Part shown: positions 28,501 to 36,531 of the stretch, piece by piece
Layout: each line of letters starts with the position of its first letter
Numbering within the stretch: the first letter of the stretch is position 1
NCBI GenBank assembly: GCA_045659535.1
Contig: JAZOXC010000082.1
Coordinates: 1 to 60,350, forward strand
DNA: 60,350 nt
Source of the DNA: Acutalibacteraceae bacterium
Lineage (GTDB): Bacteria; Bacillota; Clostridia; Oscillospirales; Acutalibacteraceae
Reading direction: 5' to 3'
Translations under genes and position numbers: made by a program
Notes under the pieces: generated by a model
Told to the model about the DNA's origin: nothing
Database searches by the model: none
Seen by the model: the letters and a program-made list of their open reading frames with translations, nothing else

Positions 28501-29666
28501 CTTCGATCTTCGGTTCTTATAACCTCGCCAAGATCTACGATAACTCCAATCTTGCAGCAGCAGGTATTTGGGGCGCAGCTCGCGGCGATGAGACCACCGA
28601 TGAAGAAAGCATCAACATAGTTTACAAGTTCAACAACACTAAATCCATAAGCTCAGTTCAGATTTCAACCCTTATCGATGAAGTTTATAAGGTAAACGAT
28701 TTCGATATCTACCTTGCAAATTCTGTAAATGCTATCATGGATAAGTCTGCAACACCTGTTGCATCCTATCGTGCCGATGGTTCGGGATTCAACGCCTATA
28801 GAACCGATGATGGCAACGGACTCACCGAAACAACCTACCTCGAGTTCGAATCCACCGAGACTCTCTATCTCCGTGTTCGTACAAACAGCAGTGTTGATTG
28901 GCTACATCATCGTGATAGCAAGCAGATTGCTATCTGCGAGATTAAGGCTATCGGTGTTGATACCGCCAATGTTGATATCGGTGGCGGCGGCGCCTATTCT
29001 GCAGAGTTTACCGATGCAGCAACCGGCATTACCGCTAAGTTCAGCGCTTTGAGCGTATCCGATGTTTATCGCGGTGTAACCAAGATGGTAGTAACCCGAA
29101 CCAATGTTACCAAGGAAATGGATAAAGCTGTTTCTGATATTGGATTCAAGATCGTTGGTAAGGCATATACCCTTAAGTTCTATGATTACCTTGGAAACGA
29201 GGTTACCGATTTCGGCGGCAGAACCATTTATGTAACCGTTCCTTATGACCAGGCAGGCGATATGCCCTACCTTGCAGGTTACTATGGCGATGAATTCTCG
29301 CTTCTCAACTCCGGATTCGAAGGTCAGCTTATTGCCTACGAGTATCCTGAGGTAATCCCCAATACGGTATTCGCACTCGCATATGAGATCGCTTCGGATT
29401 CGACCGATGATGACGATGTAAATGCTCCGAGCGATGAGCCCACCGATACCCCCGATGAGCCCACCACTCCGGAAGATCCCACTACACCGGATGATGATTC
29501 TTCGGACGATGATGACAACGGCCCCAAGAAGCGTAGAGTTATTACCGTAACATATCTTTGGACAAATATTATTCTTGCGATAGTAGGTGCTGTATTAGGC
29601 CTCGCAGCCGTAATCGTTATCATCATACTTCTCGTTAAGAACAATAAAAAGAAGAAAAAGAATTAG
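22587..29666 (+). CDS. Giant (2,359 aa) cell-surface protein with 12 discoidin-like repeats, an acidic Pro/Thr/Asp stalk, a C-terminal TM anchor and a poly-Lys tail
   Basis: Signal peptide is LIAVAVSLLILVGALLVPITAFA. Twelve occurrences of [YF]-x-[IVLF]-[YF]-[VL]-[GSA]-[NSD]...[LM][FYW] (for example YEVYVGNSLDTLF, YEIYVGNDLANLY) are each followed by xYVGIKxTD-like and RxxEhxhxG strands. The C-terminus reads DEPTDTPDEPTTPEDPTTPDDDSSDDDD...ILAIVGAVLGLAAVIVIIILLVKNNKKKKKN. No catalytic motif recognised. Confidence 0.85.
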   Translation: MKNFRFSNRLIAVAVSLLILVGALLVPITAFASTPIADTPITSLDDANAYAQQSIIKDKKPVMVYGDYYGDNSFAGLVDCRTDGVVKLTDGTVGTGSGHADFSYANNVNGDSANIDKNIYVAWETGGKATVTGFMLFNRATHTSAGDHSEYEVYVGNSLDTLFNAGNKVHTYTAPENAAYNGVYNAFKNENVKTGYYVGVKLLDACSHTDTANCGAVCTYHRISEISFLGTVDANDKPDYVLNSNFFYSGYSPSKAYDTDGDYTYANSLVNTSNVVIDDTVVFSGNDVVNKAYINDGNVSNQVEYRSATNKTITFTLGTVYQINRFSYWHQQNSERKDSYEIYVGNDLANLYTAGNKVFTWNAATSLRSMRQVVTFNKKVSGKYVGIKFTDADYFDKNGGSSRMAEFAVWGETDTAPYIEKSNTTEVGQYVDTYKDSNLIAGKSYIAGFNGAKINNNGNAVRLTDNTVSTAHADIYDADNAHLVWQFDYYSNVDHLLVYNRTNYADEASYKFYVGSDFNTLFSDDNLVYTHVADASNPMRAQVINIPGGAKGYFLGMIITDAGGPDTCARISEIAAYGAADEQKPASYMLNTYFNSKKYDTDGDYTYQNSLVAGMTPNIPSAGSNKDKLTDGAFANEVELWSVGTAGKETVTFTLPAAATIDAIQYWHSKSEYVTNLRDNYEIYVSNSLDNLYDESNRVFEWVNTANPQSYSQRIVFTAQSKPYGKYVGIKYTDGASGSDTDNSARVHEFAVWGELEELTATLTPITDDIIANKAPMNLITSKLPTYWYKDTDGTIAGQTANFLPSGSSGAEKLTDNSLSGHTDVYGGVGTRIVYKLNGYSQIDAFTAVARNAGEEVSYKIYVADSLDEMFDSANLVYTHTADNTVKGKLVELLVPAKGYYVAIEFTAMGSSTDYPRIQELAFYGSALSGGAEDAIDQINANYYYRAGSPFVYSDAFPYETNRIKGLSKTAGTVILGSAGNKIDTGWGDGSFDEIELWNAATAGKDTVTFVLAKRTNVTALQYWSSNRTANAMRDSYDVYVSDDLSSLYDAGNKVFSWDATLCAPSVSQRVTFKTGKEPIGKYVGIKYTDPYIGDATGGARAGEFAVWGTDAPAENSISYTLTIDDAASMHASSLIAGRFPSTTNAGSANWKEGITDGSAQPFSGNTSWHDIYNKNGAVGTDVNLTYSLEYQSMIQGIAIWETHPSLKNGFDVYVGSESGDALFSAANKVASWSAAANPTAKSVYIQLADEHQKEGRYVGIKFTDHTGNTSVRVAELQVYGYATSDDNSGTDTALGNSEIPKLHGSNLLVGRVPDMGVLVGNNLIGLADGLYNKEVQIYDATVKGDTITYDLGYPTLIQKVGTWHSNADRRVSYQIFVGNDPATLYDGTPIFTWDAMGNTSLGQMYTLSSNANVTARYIGWKITDADSSGDDVNNHARIARFYELYVAGIQDMNTVVHEPIENLDGFDGENLLSGIVPELGGTAVAADDAAAITDGIIAAGNGVTVKAGDKLVFNVGRSANFLEYILSADKTIGRYAIYVANAEDELFRSTNCVYTVINTADVSKITKITNAVEDRSFVGIYIIDPSFDDSTTNVINEFIVTGSLNTYLTTYPTYPSAATDLCYGKDNLLDGLTPTITYLDGSNIRNGKSKASPVFTGERGQSLGWWTDDIVGPNKHTDIYFFDAGHITYNLGTKKYDMSGFEIYYHRERPIMEYEIYVSNSESTLYNPENLVIRYYNENNSWAQSFTFADGEHPVGKFIGIKILNANDLDDSNPRIAEIVLFGEEYIPQPTNLGSTAAVKGYIEKNGVKTELNHDEFTTEQRKNFLNADNEDPIVIDSKGGKLHFVADLCAPMNIDEVILENVANAAKRVGSFKLYVADFPDEVWQDSALAYTYTRSNADGQVVTLPKDIKGRYIRIEITDNGTTDGTFNINNFQFIGLDDQALDVTNQLFNIGTSAISFYGQSNKTYDYASIFGSYNLAKIYDNSNLAAAGIWGAARGDETTDEESINIVYKFNNTKSISSVQISTLIDEVYKVNDFDIYLANSVNAIMDKSATPVASYRADGSGFNAYRTDDGNGLTETTYLEFESTETLYLRVRTNSSVDWLHHRDSKQIAICEIKAIGVDTANVDIGGGGAYSAEFTDAATGITAKFSALSVSDVYRGVTKMVVTRTNVTKEMDKAVSDIGFKIVGKAYTLKFYDYLGNEVTDFGGRTIYVTVPYDQAGDMPYLAGYYGDEFSLLNSGFEGQLIAYEYPEVIPNTVFALAYEIASDSTDDDDVNAPSDEPTDTPDEPTTPEDPTTPDDDSSDDDDNGPKKRRVITVTYLWTNIILAIVGAVLGLAAVIVIIILLVKNNKKKKKN

Positions 29667-29682
29667 AAAGGGAGTATTCTGA

Positions 29683-31188
29683 GTGAAAAACTTTAAGAAA
29701 CTCGCCGCTTTACTTCTTGTTCTTGTTATGATATTCACAGTCGCAGGTTGTGGCACCACCACAACCTACGAGGATATCGATGACGGTACAAGCAACGACG
29801 GCGGCAACGCAAACAATGATGGCGGCAACACTAATAACGATGGTGGCAACAGCACCGCCTCCAAGCCCCAGACCAATGTTGGCACCGGAATTCAGACCGG
29901 TCAGGTAGGCGATAAGATCGATGCTTCTAAATGGGGCATCGCAACCAGCGACAAGGGCATCGAGTCGAAGGTAAACCTTAAAGGTAAGACCCTCCGTATG
30001 CTCTGCTTCAGCACCATCAACTACCAGTCTGCTGCTTTCCAGAGAGTTGTTAAGGCTTTCGAGAAACAGTATGGATGCACCGTTAAGATCGACTACGCAG
30101 CATTCGGAACCGAATATACAACCGCTCTCCGCAACGCTATTGCAGCAAAAGAGCCGTATGATATCGCTTTCATGCATGCTTCTTGGTCCTATGACACCAT
30201 CGCATCAAACCTCTATGAGCCGCTAAACGGCAGCATGACCACCGCAGATCTCCTTGATAAGAACAACAAGGGTATCGACCTCACTAAGTCCACCGAAATT
30301 TCCTGGAACGGAAGCATCTATGGTGTTTGCGGATATCGTGGCGTTAACCCCATGATCATCTACTACAACAAGGTTATGTTCCAGCGCGACTTCGATGAAG
30401 CTGATGATCCCCGTACCCTTTATGAAAATGGCAAGTGGACCTGGGATAAGTTCTTCGAACTTGGCAGCAAGGTTGTTGACTCCTCCAACGATAAGTGGTT
30501 CGGCGGCTACAACTTCTTCCGTGTTGAAATCTGCTCTACCTTCGGCGGAAACTGTGTTACCGTTGTAAACGGTAAGCCCACCGTTACCATCGATAGCAAA
30601 GAGTATATCGCAGGTATGAAGAACATCTCTAAGTTAGGCTCCGGCGCAACCAAGATCATCCAGACTCAGACCGCCGAGGATCAGCTCGAGAACTTCCTCG
30701 CAGGTGAAACCTATGTTTACACCGAGGAATCCGACCGTTACACCAAGATTATGAGCCGCATTAATACCCTTAATGCATTCAAGAAGAATGGTAACAACCT
30801 CGGAATCGTTCCGCTCCCGCTTGGCGATACCAACACCAAGAAGACCTATCCCACCGGCTGGATCGAGACCGCTGTTTGCCCGAAGGGCGCAAACCCCGAT
30901 GTAGTTGTTGCATGGGCTAAGTTCTATACTACCTATGAAGATCCGGTTACCACCGATAAGACCAAGATGAGCGCTAAGGATCAGGCAATGATTGATGATC
31001 TTCTCAAGAACATCAACCCCCGTCGTTGCAGCTATTCCGATTCCTCCTGGTCGATGTCTTCCCTCGAGTGGAACCTCGTAACCGAGGCTGCTCGCGGCAA
31101 GGATCTTTCTGTTCAGATCAATGACTATAAGCCTCAGATGCAGTCCTGCATTGATGCAACTATGGCAGCTCTTAATAAACTTAAGTAA
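29683..31188 (+). CDS. Lipoprotein, ABC transporter extracellular solute-binding protein (family 1)
   Basis: GTG start with AGGGAG RBS and lipobox FTVAGC. An N/D/G-rich linker precedes the SBP core LRMLCFSTINYQ...YDIAFMH. Confidence 0.8.
   Translation: MKNFKKLAALLLVLVMIFTVAGCGTTTTYEDIDDGTSNDGGNANNDGGNTNNDGGNSTASKPQTNVGTGIQTGQVGDKIDASKWGIATSDKGIESKVNLKGKTLRMLCFSTINYQSAAFQRVVKAFEKQYGCTVKIDYAAFGTEYTTALRNAIAAKEPYDIAFMHASWSYDTIASNLYEPLNGSMTTADLLDKNNKGIDLTKSTEISWNGSIYGVCGYRGVNPMIIYYNKVMFQRDFDEADDPRTLYENGKWTWDKFFELGSKVVDSSNDKWFGGYNFFRVEICSTFGGNCVTVVNGKPTVTIDSKEYIAGMKNISKLGSGATKIIQTQTAEDQLENFLAGETYVYTEESDRYTKIMSRINTLNAFKKNGNNLGIVPLPLGDTNTKKTYPTGWIETAVCPKGANPDVVVAWAKFYTTYEDPVTTDKTKMSAKDQAMIDDLLKNINPRRCSYSDSSWSMSSLEWNLVTEAARGKDLSVQINDYKPQMQSCIDATMAALNKLK
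29794..29856 (+). repeat. Imperfect 21-nt tandem repeat x3 encoding NDGGN(A/T/S)(N/T) in the lipoprotein linker
   Basis: aacgacggcggcaacgcaaac / aatgatggcggcaacactaat / aacgatggtggcaacagcacc. Confidence 0.8.
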
Positions 31189-31208
31189 GTTATAAACAAC
31201 TAAAAAAA

Positions 31209-31236
31209 GCCCGGCGGACTTTTTAGTCCGTCGGGC
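31209..31236 (+). terminator. Strong hairpin after the SBP gene; possible operon-end terminator, atypical because it has no downstream U-tract
   Basis: GCCCGGCGGACT(31209-31220), TTTT loop, AGTCCGTCGGGC(31225-31236), with one G-U pair. An A-run precedes it, but AACC rather than a T-run follows. Confidence 0.4.
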
Positions 31237-31259
31237 AACCAAAAGAAACTAGGTGTATT

Positions 31260-32003
31260 ATGAAAATTCATGTAATCGGTACAAGCCATGGCGCTCCCGA
31301 AAAAAACCGCGCCTGCACAGCAACGCTGCTCGAAACCCAGGGTCAATTTTATGTTATTGATGCCGGCTCGAGTGTTGAAAAATACATGGCAGATAATGAT
31401 TTAAATCCCGAAGCAATAAACGGAATTTTCATAACCCATATGCATGATGATCATGTTGGAACCATAACCGGTCTCCTTAAAGTGCTTCGCACCTATCATG
31501 GAACTGCAAAAGCAAATATTTATCTTCCCGAGCAAAAGGGAATAGATGCCCTTATCGTTTGGCTAGATGCAATGCATTCGTCAAACTGGCCCCATAACCG
31601 CCTTCCCATTCTTCCTATTTCGGAGGGCGAGGTATTCAAAGATGAATTTGTAACAGTTAGTGCTGTTAAAACCGACCACATAAAAGGCTTCGATACCTTC
31701 GCGTTTGTGGTCGAGTGTGAGGGAAAGCGAATTGTATTCACAGGCGACCTCACCGATGACCTGCATGATTACCCGCAGGTTATATTAGATGAAGAATCCG
31801 CTGCGGTAGTAACCGAGCTTTGTCACTACCGAAAAGAATATGGCTTTGTCGGCGGATCGATTGATAAAATTAAAGCCTCTAAAACTAAGAAAATAATATT
31901 CACTCATATCTATCCCGGCGCGGATGATGATATGAGAGCGATTGAAGATACATTACCATTTGAAATACACATAGCGCAGGACAGCGATATTATTGAGATT
32001 TAG
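31260..32003 (+). CDS. MBL-fold metallo-hydrolase
   Basis: HxHxDH motif ITHMHDDHVG with downstream His/Asp ligand positions (KTDHIKG, FTGDL, FTHIYPG). No signal peptide. Confidence 0.8.
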   Translation: MKIHVIGTSHGAPEKNRACTATLLETQGQFYVIDAGSSVEKYMADNDLNPEAINGIFITHMHDDHVGTITGLLKVLRTYHGTAKANIYLPEQKGIDALIVWLDAMHSSNWPHNRLPILPISEGEVFKDEFVTVSAVKTDHIKGFDTFAFVVECEGKRIVFTGDLTDDLHDYPQVILDEESAAVVTELCHYRKEYGFVGGSIDKIKASKTKKIIFTHIYPGADDDMRAIEDTLPFEIHIAQDSDIIEI

Positions 32004-32013
32004 GAGAATCGAT

Positions 32014-33861
32014 ATGCAGTTGACATTCGAACAGTATAAGAAAAAGGTTGTTGGTTGTTTTATAGGTAAAGCCGTAGGCGGAACTCTCGGAGCTCCCGTT
32101 GAAGGAAAGCGCCAGATAAACAACTTTACATATTATAATCCCGTTCCCACCGAGATGTTGCCGAATGATGACCTTGATTTGCAGGTTGTTTGGCTCGAGG
32201 CAATTCGCGAGAATGGCCTGCCCGTAAACCGCAAGCATCTTGCCGAGGCATGGAACAAGCATGTTTTCTACCATTTTGATGAATATGGTATGGCCATGCG
32301 CAACATTCAAAATAAAATTCAGCCCCCGCTTTCGGGCTACTATAATAACCGTTTTAACGCAGGTATGGGCGCCGCTATCCGCGCCGAGCTTTGGGCATCT
32401 CTCGCCCCCGCAAACCCCGCTCTTGCAACCCAGCTTGCTCGCGAGGATGCTTGCGTTGACCATTATGAGGATGGTGTTGACGGAACCGCTTTCATTGCTG
32501 CTGTTGAGAGTGCCGCATTCGTTGAGAGCGATACCGATAAGCTCATCGAAATCGGTCTTGCCAATATCCCCGAAAACTCCAAGATGGCAAATGCCGTTCG
32601 CGATACCGTTGCTTGGTATAAGGAGAGCGGCGATATGTTTGCCGTTCGCGAACTCATTCTCGAAAAGTATGGCACCTGCAAATGGGAAAAGGCTATCGTT
32701 AACTGGTCGGATGTTGTTATCAATGTTGCATTCACCGTTTTGGCTTGGATCAGCTGCTGCGGCGACTTCAGCGAGGGTATCTGCCGTGCAACCAATTTAG
32801 GCTATGATACCGACTGCACCGCAGGTATAGTTGCTTCTATCCTTGCTATTATCAATCCCGATTGCGTTGAGGAGCGTTGGCTCAAGCCCATCGGAACCGA
32901 TGTTGTTCTCTCGGCAAATATTATCGGTATGCATAATAAAAACACCATCGAATCCTTCTGCGAGGATATAAATAACCTTTGCCTCGATATTCAGAAGTAT
33001 TATAAAACCGGTATGTTCGAAGGCGAGGAGTCTAAAGCACCCGTTTCTGTTTGGACCGAAAACTTCGAAGGTATCGCCCTATCTAAGGACTATAACGTTC
33101 GCGAGTCTTTAGTAACCGTGGAACCCATCGCAGTAAAGCTTTCGTATCCCGAGGGTGTTGCAGTAATTCCCGGTGTTGCCGCAGAGTTCTCGGCAACCTT
33201 GGTTAATACCGCATCGGCAGCCGTTTCGGGAAGCCTCAAGCTTTCCGGCCCCGATGGTTGGAAGGTTTCTCCCGCTGATTTCTCTATTGATTTAAAGGTA
33301 GGGGAGAGCAAGGAGATTTCCTTCATGGTAACCGCTCCCGATGTAACCGAGATTCCTTATCTCAATGTTCTTCGCTTTGCGTTTGATTTTTCGGGTATCA
33401 AAACTCATGCCGAGGCAGGCATTCAGCTTGCAACTCCTTGGCTTTTAAAAGAGGTTGATGAAATCCCCGAGGAAATAACCGCCGATATGTTCAAAGATGC
33501 CGCAATCAACTATGCCGCATCCTTTATTCAGAATATAAAGCCCGGCAAAAAATATATTGCCGCAGTAGATTTCAAACTCTGGCATTTCCAAGATTGCAAT
33601 AGCCTCTTTGTTGCTCAGGGTGCCCCGCTAAAGCTTTATATCGATGGCGAAATGATTCTCGAACATGAAGCCGAGTACTACACTCCTTCGCCCCATCGTT
33701 TCGAATGCTCCAAACCGCATACACTTCGTGGCGGCTGGCATAAGGCATTTATAGCAGTTGATAATTCTCTTTGCGGCTCGGAAGAGCTATTCTTCGGAAT
33801 AGGCAACCTGGGCGGAAGATATTGGCATTATCAGCTTGAATGGAGAAAACCCAATATATAA
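32014..33861 (+). CDS. ADP-ribosylglycohydrolase-family protein with a C-terminal beta-sandwich / PA14-like extension of about 290 aa
   Basis: ATG 32014 follows AGGAG (the ORF-track start at 31993 overlaps the MBL gene end). ARH-family motifs are GCFIGKAVGGTLGAPVEG, NDDLDLQVVWLEAI, EDACVDHYEDGVDGTAFIAAVES and LGYDTDCTAGIVASILA. No signal peptide. Confidence 0.75.
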   Translation: MQLTFEQYKKKVVGCFIGKAVGGTLGAPVEGKRQINNFTYYNPVPTEMLPNDDLDLQVVWLEAIRENGLPVNRKHLAEAWNKHVFYHFDEYGMAMRNIQNKIQPPLSGYYNNRFNAGMGAAIRAELWASLAPANPALATQLAREDACVDHYEDGVDGTAFIAAVESAAFVESDTDKLIEIGLANIPENSKMANAVRDTVAWYKESGDMFAVRELILEKYGTCKWEKAIVNWSDVVINVAFTVLAWISCCGDFSEGICRATNLGYDTDCTAGIVASILAIINPDCVEERWLKPIGTDVVLSANIIGMHNKNTIESFCEDINNLCLDIQKYYKTGMFEGEESKAPVSVWTENFEGIALSKDYNVRESLVTVEPIAVKLSYPEGVAVIPGVAAEFSATLVNTASAAVSGSLKLSGPDGWKVSPADFSIDLKVGESKEISFMVTAPDVTEIPYLNVLRFAFDFSGIKTHAEAGIQLATPWLLKEVDEIPEEITADMFKDAAINYAASFIQNIKPGKKYIAAVDFKLWHFQDCNSLFVAQGAPLKLYIDGEMILEHEAEYYTPSPHRFECSKPHTLRGGWHKAFIAVDNSLCGSEELFFGIGNLGGRYWHYQLEWRKPNI

Positions 33862-33891
33862 CTCCATAAAACCGATTGAGGTGTAATTTTT

Positions 33892-35475
33892 ATGAGCAAA
33901 CAAATAACCAATGTGATTTTCTTCCTTCGTCATGATGAGCCGCGTATTCCCGAGCTCGACCTTTATTATACCCTTGAGCAGCAATTAGCAACCGCCAATA
34001 GCTTTGGCTTCCCTGTAACCTATCTGCTCGAGTATGATAGCCTAATCGATAGCCGCTATACCGATTTAATCAAAAACGAGGCTAATGATAAAAGCGAGGT
34101 TGGCGCATGGTTCGAAATCGTGCAGCCTCTCTGCGAAAAGGCAGGTCTTCCGTGGCGCGGAAGAGAGGGCTTTAGTTGGGATTGGCATTCGCATTGCGGC
34201 TTTTCCGTTGGCTATACAAGAGAGGAAAGAATGCTCCTCATCGATACCTATATGGAAGAGTTTATGGGTATCTTCGGCTACTATCCGAAATCGGTTGGCA
34301 GCTGGATGATCGATGCCTTCTCGCTCTCCTATATGGAAGAAAAATATGGTGTTATTGCTTCTTGCAACTGCCGCGACCAATGGGGAACCGATGGTTATTC
34401 CATTTGGGGCGGATATTATGGTCAGGGTTATTACCCCAGCAAGAAGAATGCTCTTTGCCCCGCAAATACCAAAGAAAATCAGATAAATATCCCCGTTTTC
34501 CGTATGCTTGGTCTCGATTATCTCCATTCCTATGATTGCGGACTTAATCGCCAAAACGGAAGCTTTGACCACGCAAAGTGGCAGCCCTGCCTAACCCTCG
34601 AACCTTGTATGCTCTATGATGGCATCGGCGGCGGCTGTTCCGAATGGGTTGATTGGTATCTAAAAGAAAATTTCTGCGAGCCGACACTCAGCTTCAACTA
34701 TGTTCATGTTGGTCAGGAAAATTCCTTCCTCTGGTCCGCCCAGGAGAAGGGAACTATCGACCAGTTTAAAAAGCTCAAGAAGTTAGAGGATGAAGGCTTT
34801 ATGTCGATGGAGACTTTAAGCCAAACCGCAGAATGGTACCGCAATACCTATCCGTTAACCCCCGCCTCAATAGTAAAGGCCGATACCGATTGGAACAAAG
34901 AGCTCGATGCTAAAACCCTTTGGTATAACAGCCGAAACTATCGCTTGAATGTTTATAGCGAACATGGCAAGGTTTGGATCCGCGACCTTATGCTCTATGA
35001 TGAGAATTATGTAGAGCGTTACTATAACGATATCTGCACCACAACAACCATGCTCTATGATAACCTTCCCATCGTTGATGGCAACCTTTGGAGCAGCGGC
35101 GGCGTTCGTGCAGGACTTTATCTCTATCTCCTTAAAAATGGCGAGGAAAAGGATTTCATCGCAAAGGAAAGCAAGATTGCCTACCTCGATGAAAACACCG
35201 TCCGGATCGAATTTATAACCGAAGAAGACGATAAAGTTATTATGCTTATCGGCGAGAAGGGAATTTCCATCGAGAGCGAAACCGTTAAAATCGGAGCCAA
35301 GTTCCGCGGTGTTCCGCGTTATCCGATGCCTTTCCGCAAAGCCGATGGCAATACCCTTTATATGAACCATAACGGCTATGATTACAGCGTTGATATTAAG
35401 GGTATCGAGCTTTTACCGAATAACTACTTTACCGTAGAGCCGAGCGAAAAGCTTGAAATCGTTTTAAAAAAATAA
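33892..35475 (+). CDS. Cytoplasmic protein of unknown function (527 aa)
   Basis: RBS GAGGTG with sense-like codon usage in a long ORF. No signal peptide or TM. No family motif I can name with confidence. Confidence 0.65.
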   Translation: MSKQITNVIFFLRHDEPRIPELDLYYTLEQQLATANSFGFPVTYLLEYDSLIDSRYTDLIKNEANDKSEVGAWFEIVQPLCEKAGLPWRGREGFSWDWHSHCGFSVGYTREERMLLIDTYMEEFMGIFGYYPKSVGSWMIDAFSLSYMEEKYGVIASCNCRDQWGTDGYSIWGGYYGQGYYPSKKNALCPANTKENQINIPVFRMLGLDYLHSYDCGLNRQNGSFDHAKWQPCLTLEPCMLYDGIGGGCSEWVDWYLKENFCEPTLSFNYVHVGQENSFLWSAQEKGTIDQFKKLKKLEDEGFMSMETLSQTAEWYRNTYPLTPASIVKADTDWNKELDAKTLWYNSRNYRLNVYSEHGKVWIRDLMLYDENYVERYYNDICTTTTMLYDNLPIVDGNLWSSGGVRAGLYLYLLKNGEEKDFIAKESKIAYLDENTVRIEFITEEDDKVIMLIGEKGISIESETVKIGAKFRGVPRYPMPFRKADGNTLYMNHNGYDYSVDIKGIELLPNNYFTVEPSEKLEIVLKK

Positions 35476-35487
35476 AGAGTGATAAAT

Positions 35488-36345
35488 ATGCAGCTTTATT
35501 CTATAAAAAATGAATTCTTTACCGTTAAGGTTGGCAGCTATGGTGCCCATCTGCAGAGTATGCTTTCGGCCGATGGCATCGAGGTTGTTTTCCAAGGCGA
35601 CGAGGTTTGGGGCGGCAAATCGCCCAACATCTTCCCAATAATCGGAGTTTTCGATGCAGGGAAGTATACCTTCGAGGGCAAGGAGTATAAATACCCCTGC
35701 CATGGTGTTGCCCCGAGAAACGAATACGAGGTTAGCATCCATACCGAAAACGAGCTCGAATTTTGCCTAAAGGATAATGAAGAAACCCGAAAAATCTATC
35801 CCTTCGCTTTTGCCTTCTATGTAAACTATAAATTAGATGGCGATAAGCTTATCTATTCGGTTCGCGCCGAAAATAGGGATAATCGCCCGATCTATTTCGA
35901 AACCGGAACCCATACAGGCTTCGGTGTTGCAAAAAACTTTGGGGGCGCTAAAATAGTATTCGATAGCGAGGAAAAGGATTATACCGTTAAGAATAACGAT
36001 AAGAAAAAGTGCGAGGTTCGCTTTATTGATGAAAAAGGCGAGCTGCCGCTATCTGATTGGATGTTCGAAACCGGCGCAGTAACCCTGCAGTCGCTAAACT
36101 CAAAATCGGTTCGCCTCGTTCGCGAGGATGTAGATTATGAGATAGAGGTTGGTCTCGGAAACTATAGTGTTTTAACCCTTTGGTCGGCTCCCGGAGCTTC
36201 CTATGTTTGCATCGAACCGTGGAGCTGCGAAAGCTCGCATTATGCGGGCGATAATATCGAGCTAACCCGTCAGGTTGGTATCGATGTTTTAGGGGTAGGG
36301 GAGTCAAAAACCTATTTCAATACCATCTCGCTTATCAGAAAATAG
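35488..36345 (+). CDS. Aldose 1-epimerase family protein (LacX/YphB-like mutarotase fold)
   Basis: Motifs are NIFPIIGVFDAGKYTFEGKEYKYPCHGVAPRNEY, FETGTHTGF and LWSAPGASYVCIEPW. ATG 35488 is preferred over the ORF-track GTG at 35479. Confidence 0.75.
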   Translation: MQLYSIKNEFFTVKVGSYGAHLQSMLSADGIEVVFQGDEVWGGKSPNIFPIIGVFDAGKYTFEGKEYKYPCHGVAPRNEYEVSIHTENELEFCLKDNEETRKIYPFAFAFYVNYKLDGDKLIYSVRAENRDNRPIYFETGTHTGFGVAKNFGGAKIVFDSEEKDYTVKNNDKKKCEVRFIDEKGELPLSDWMFETGAVTLQSLNSKSVRLVREDVDYEIEVGLGNYSVLTLWSAPGASYVCIEPWSCESSHYAGDNIELTRQVGIDVLGVGESKTYFNTISLIRK

Positions 36346-36490
36346 CCACCAAAAATACAATTTTCACCTTTTTTGGACAATTTTGGTGAAAATCGACAAA
36401 TTTCAAGCGCAAATATGTTATATTCTCGGTTAACAGGTAAAAAACCGATATATTTTCGTGAAATTTTAGTAACAAATACTCTTTTTAATG

Positions 36491-36499
36491 TGATATACT
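36491..36499 (+). promoter_or_regulatory. Candidate extended -10 promoter element for the lipoprotein-AraC gene pair
   Basis: TGaTATACT (TG 36491-36492, TATACT 36494-36499), about 30 nt upstream of ATG 36532. No clear -35. Confidence 0.3.
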
Positions 36500-36531
36500 A
36501 TACTCGTTGAGAGTGAATTTGGAGGAAAAAC

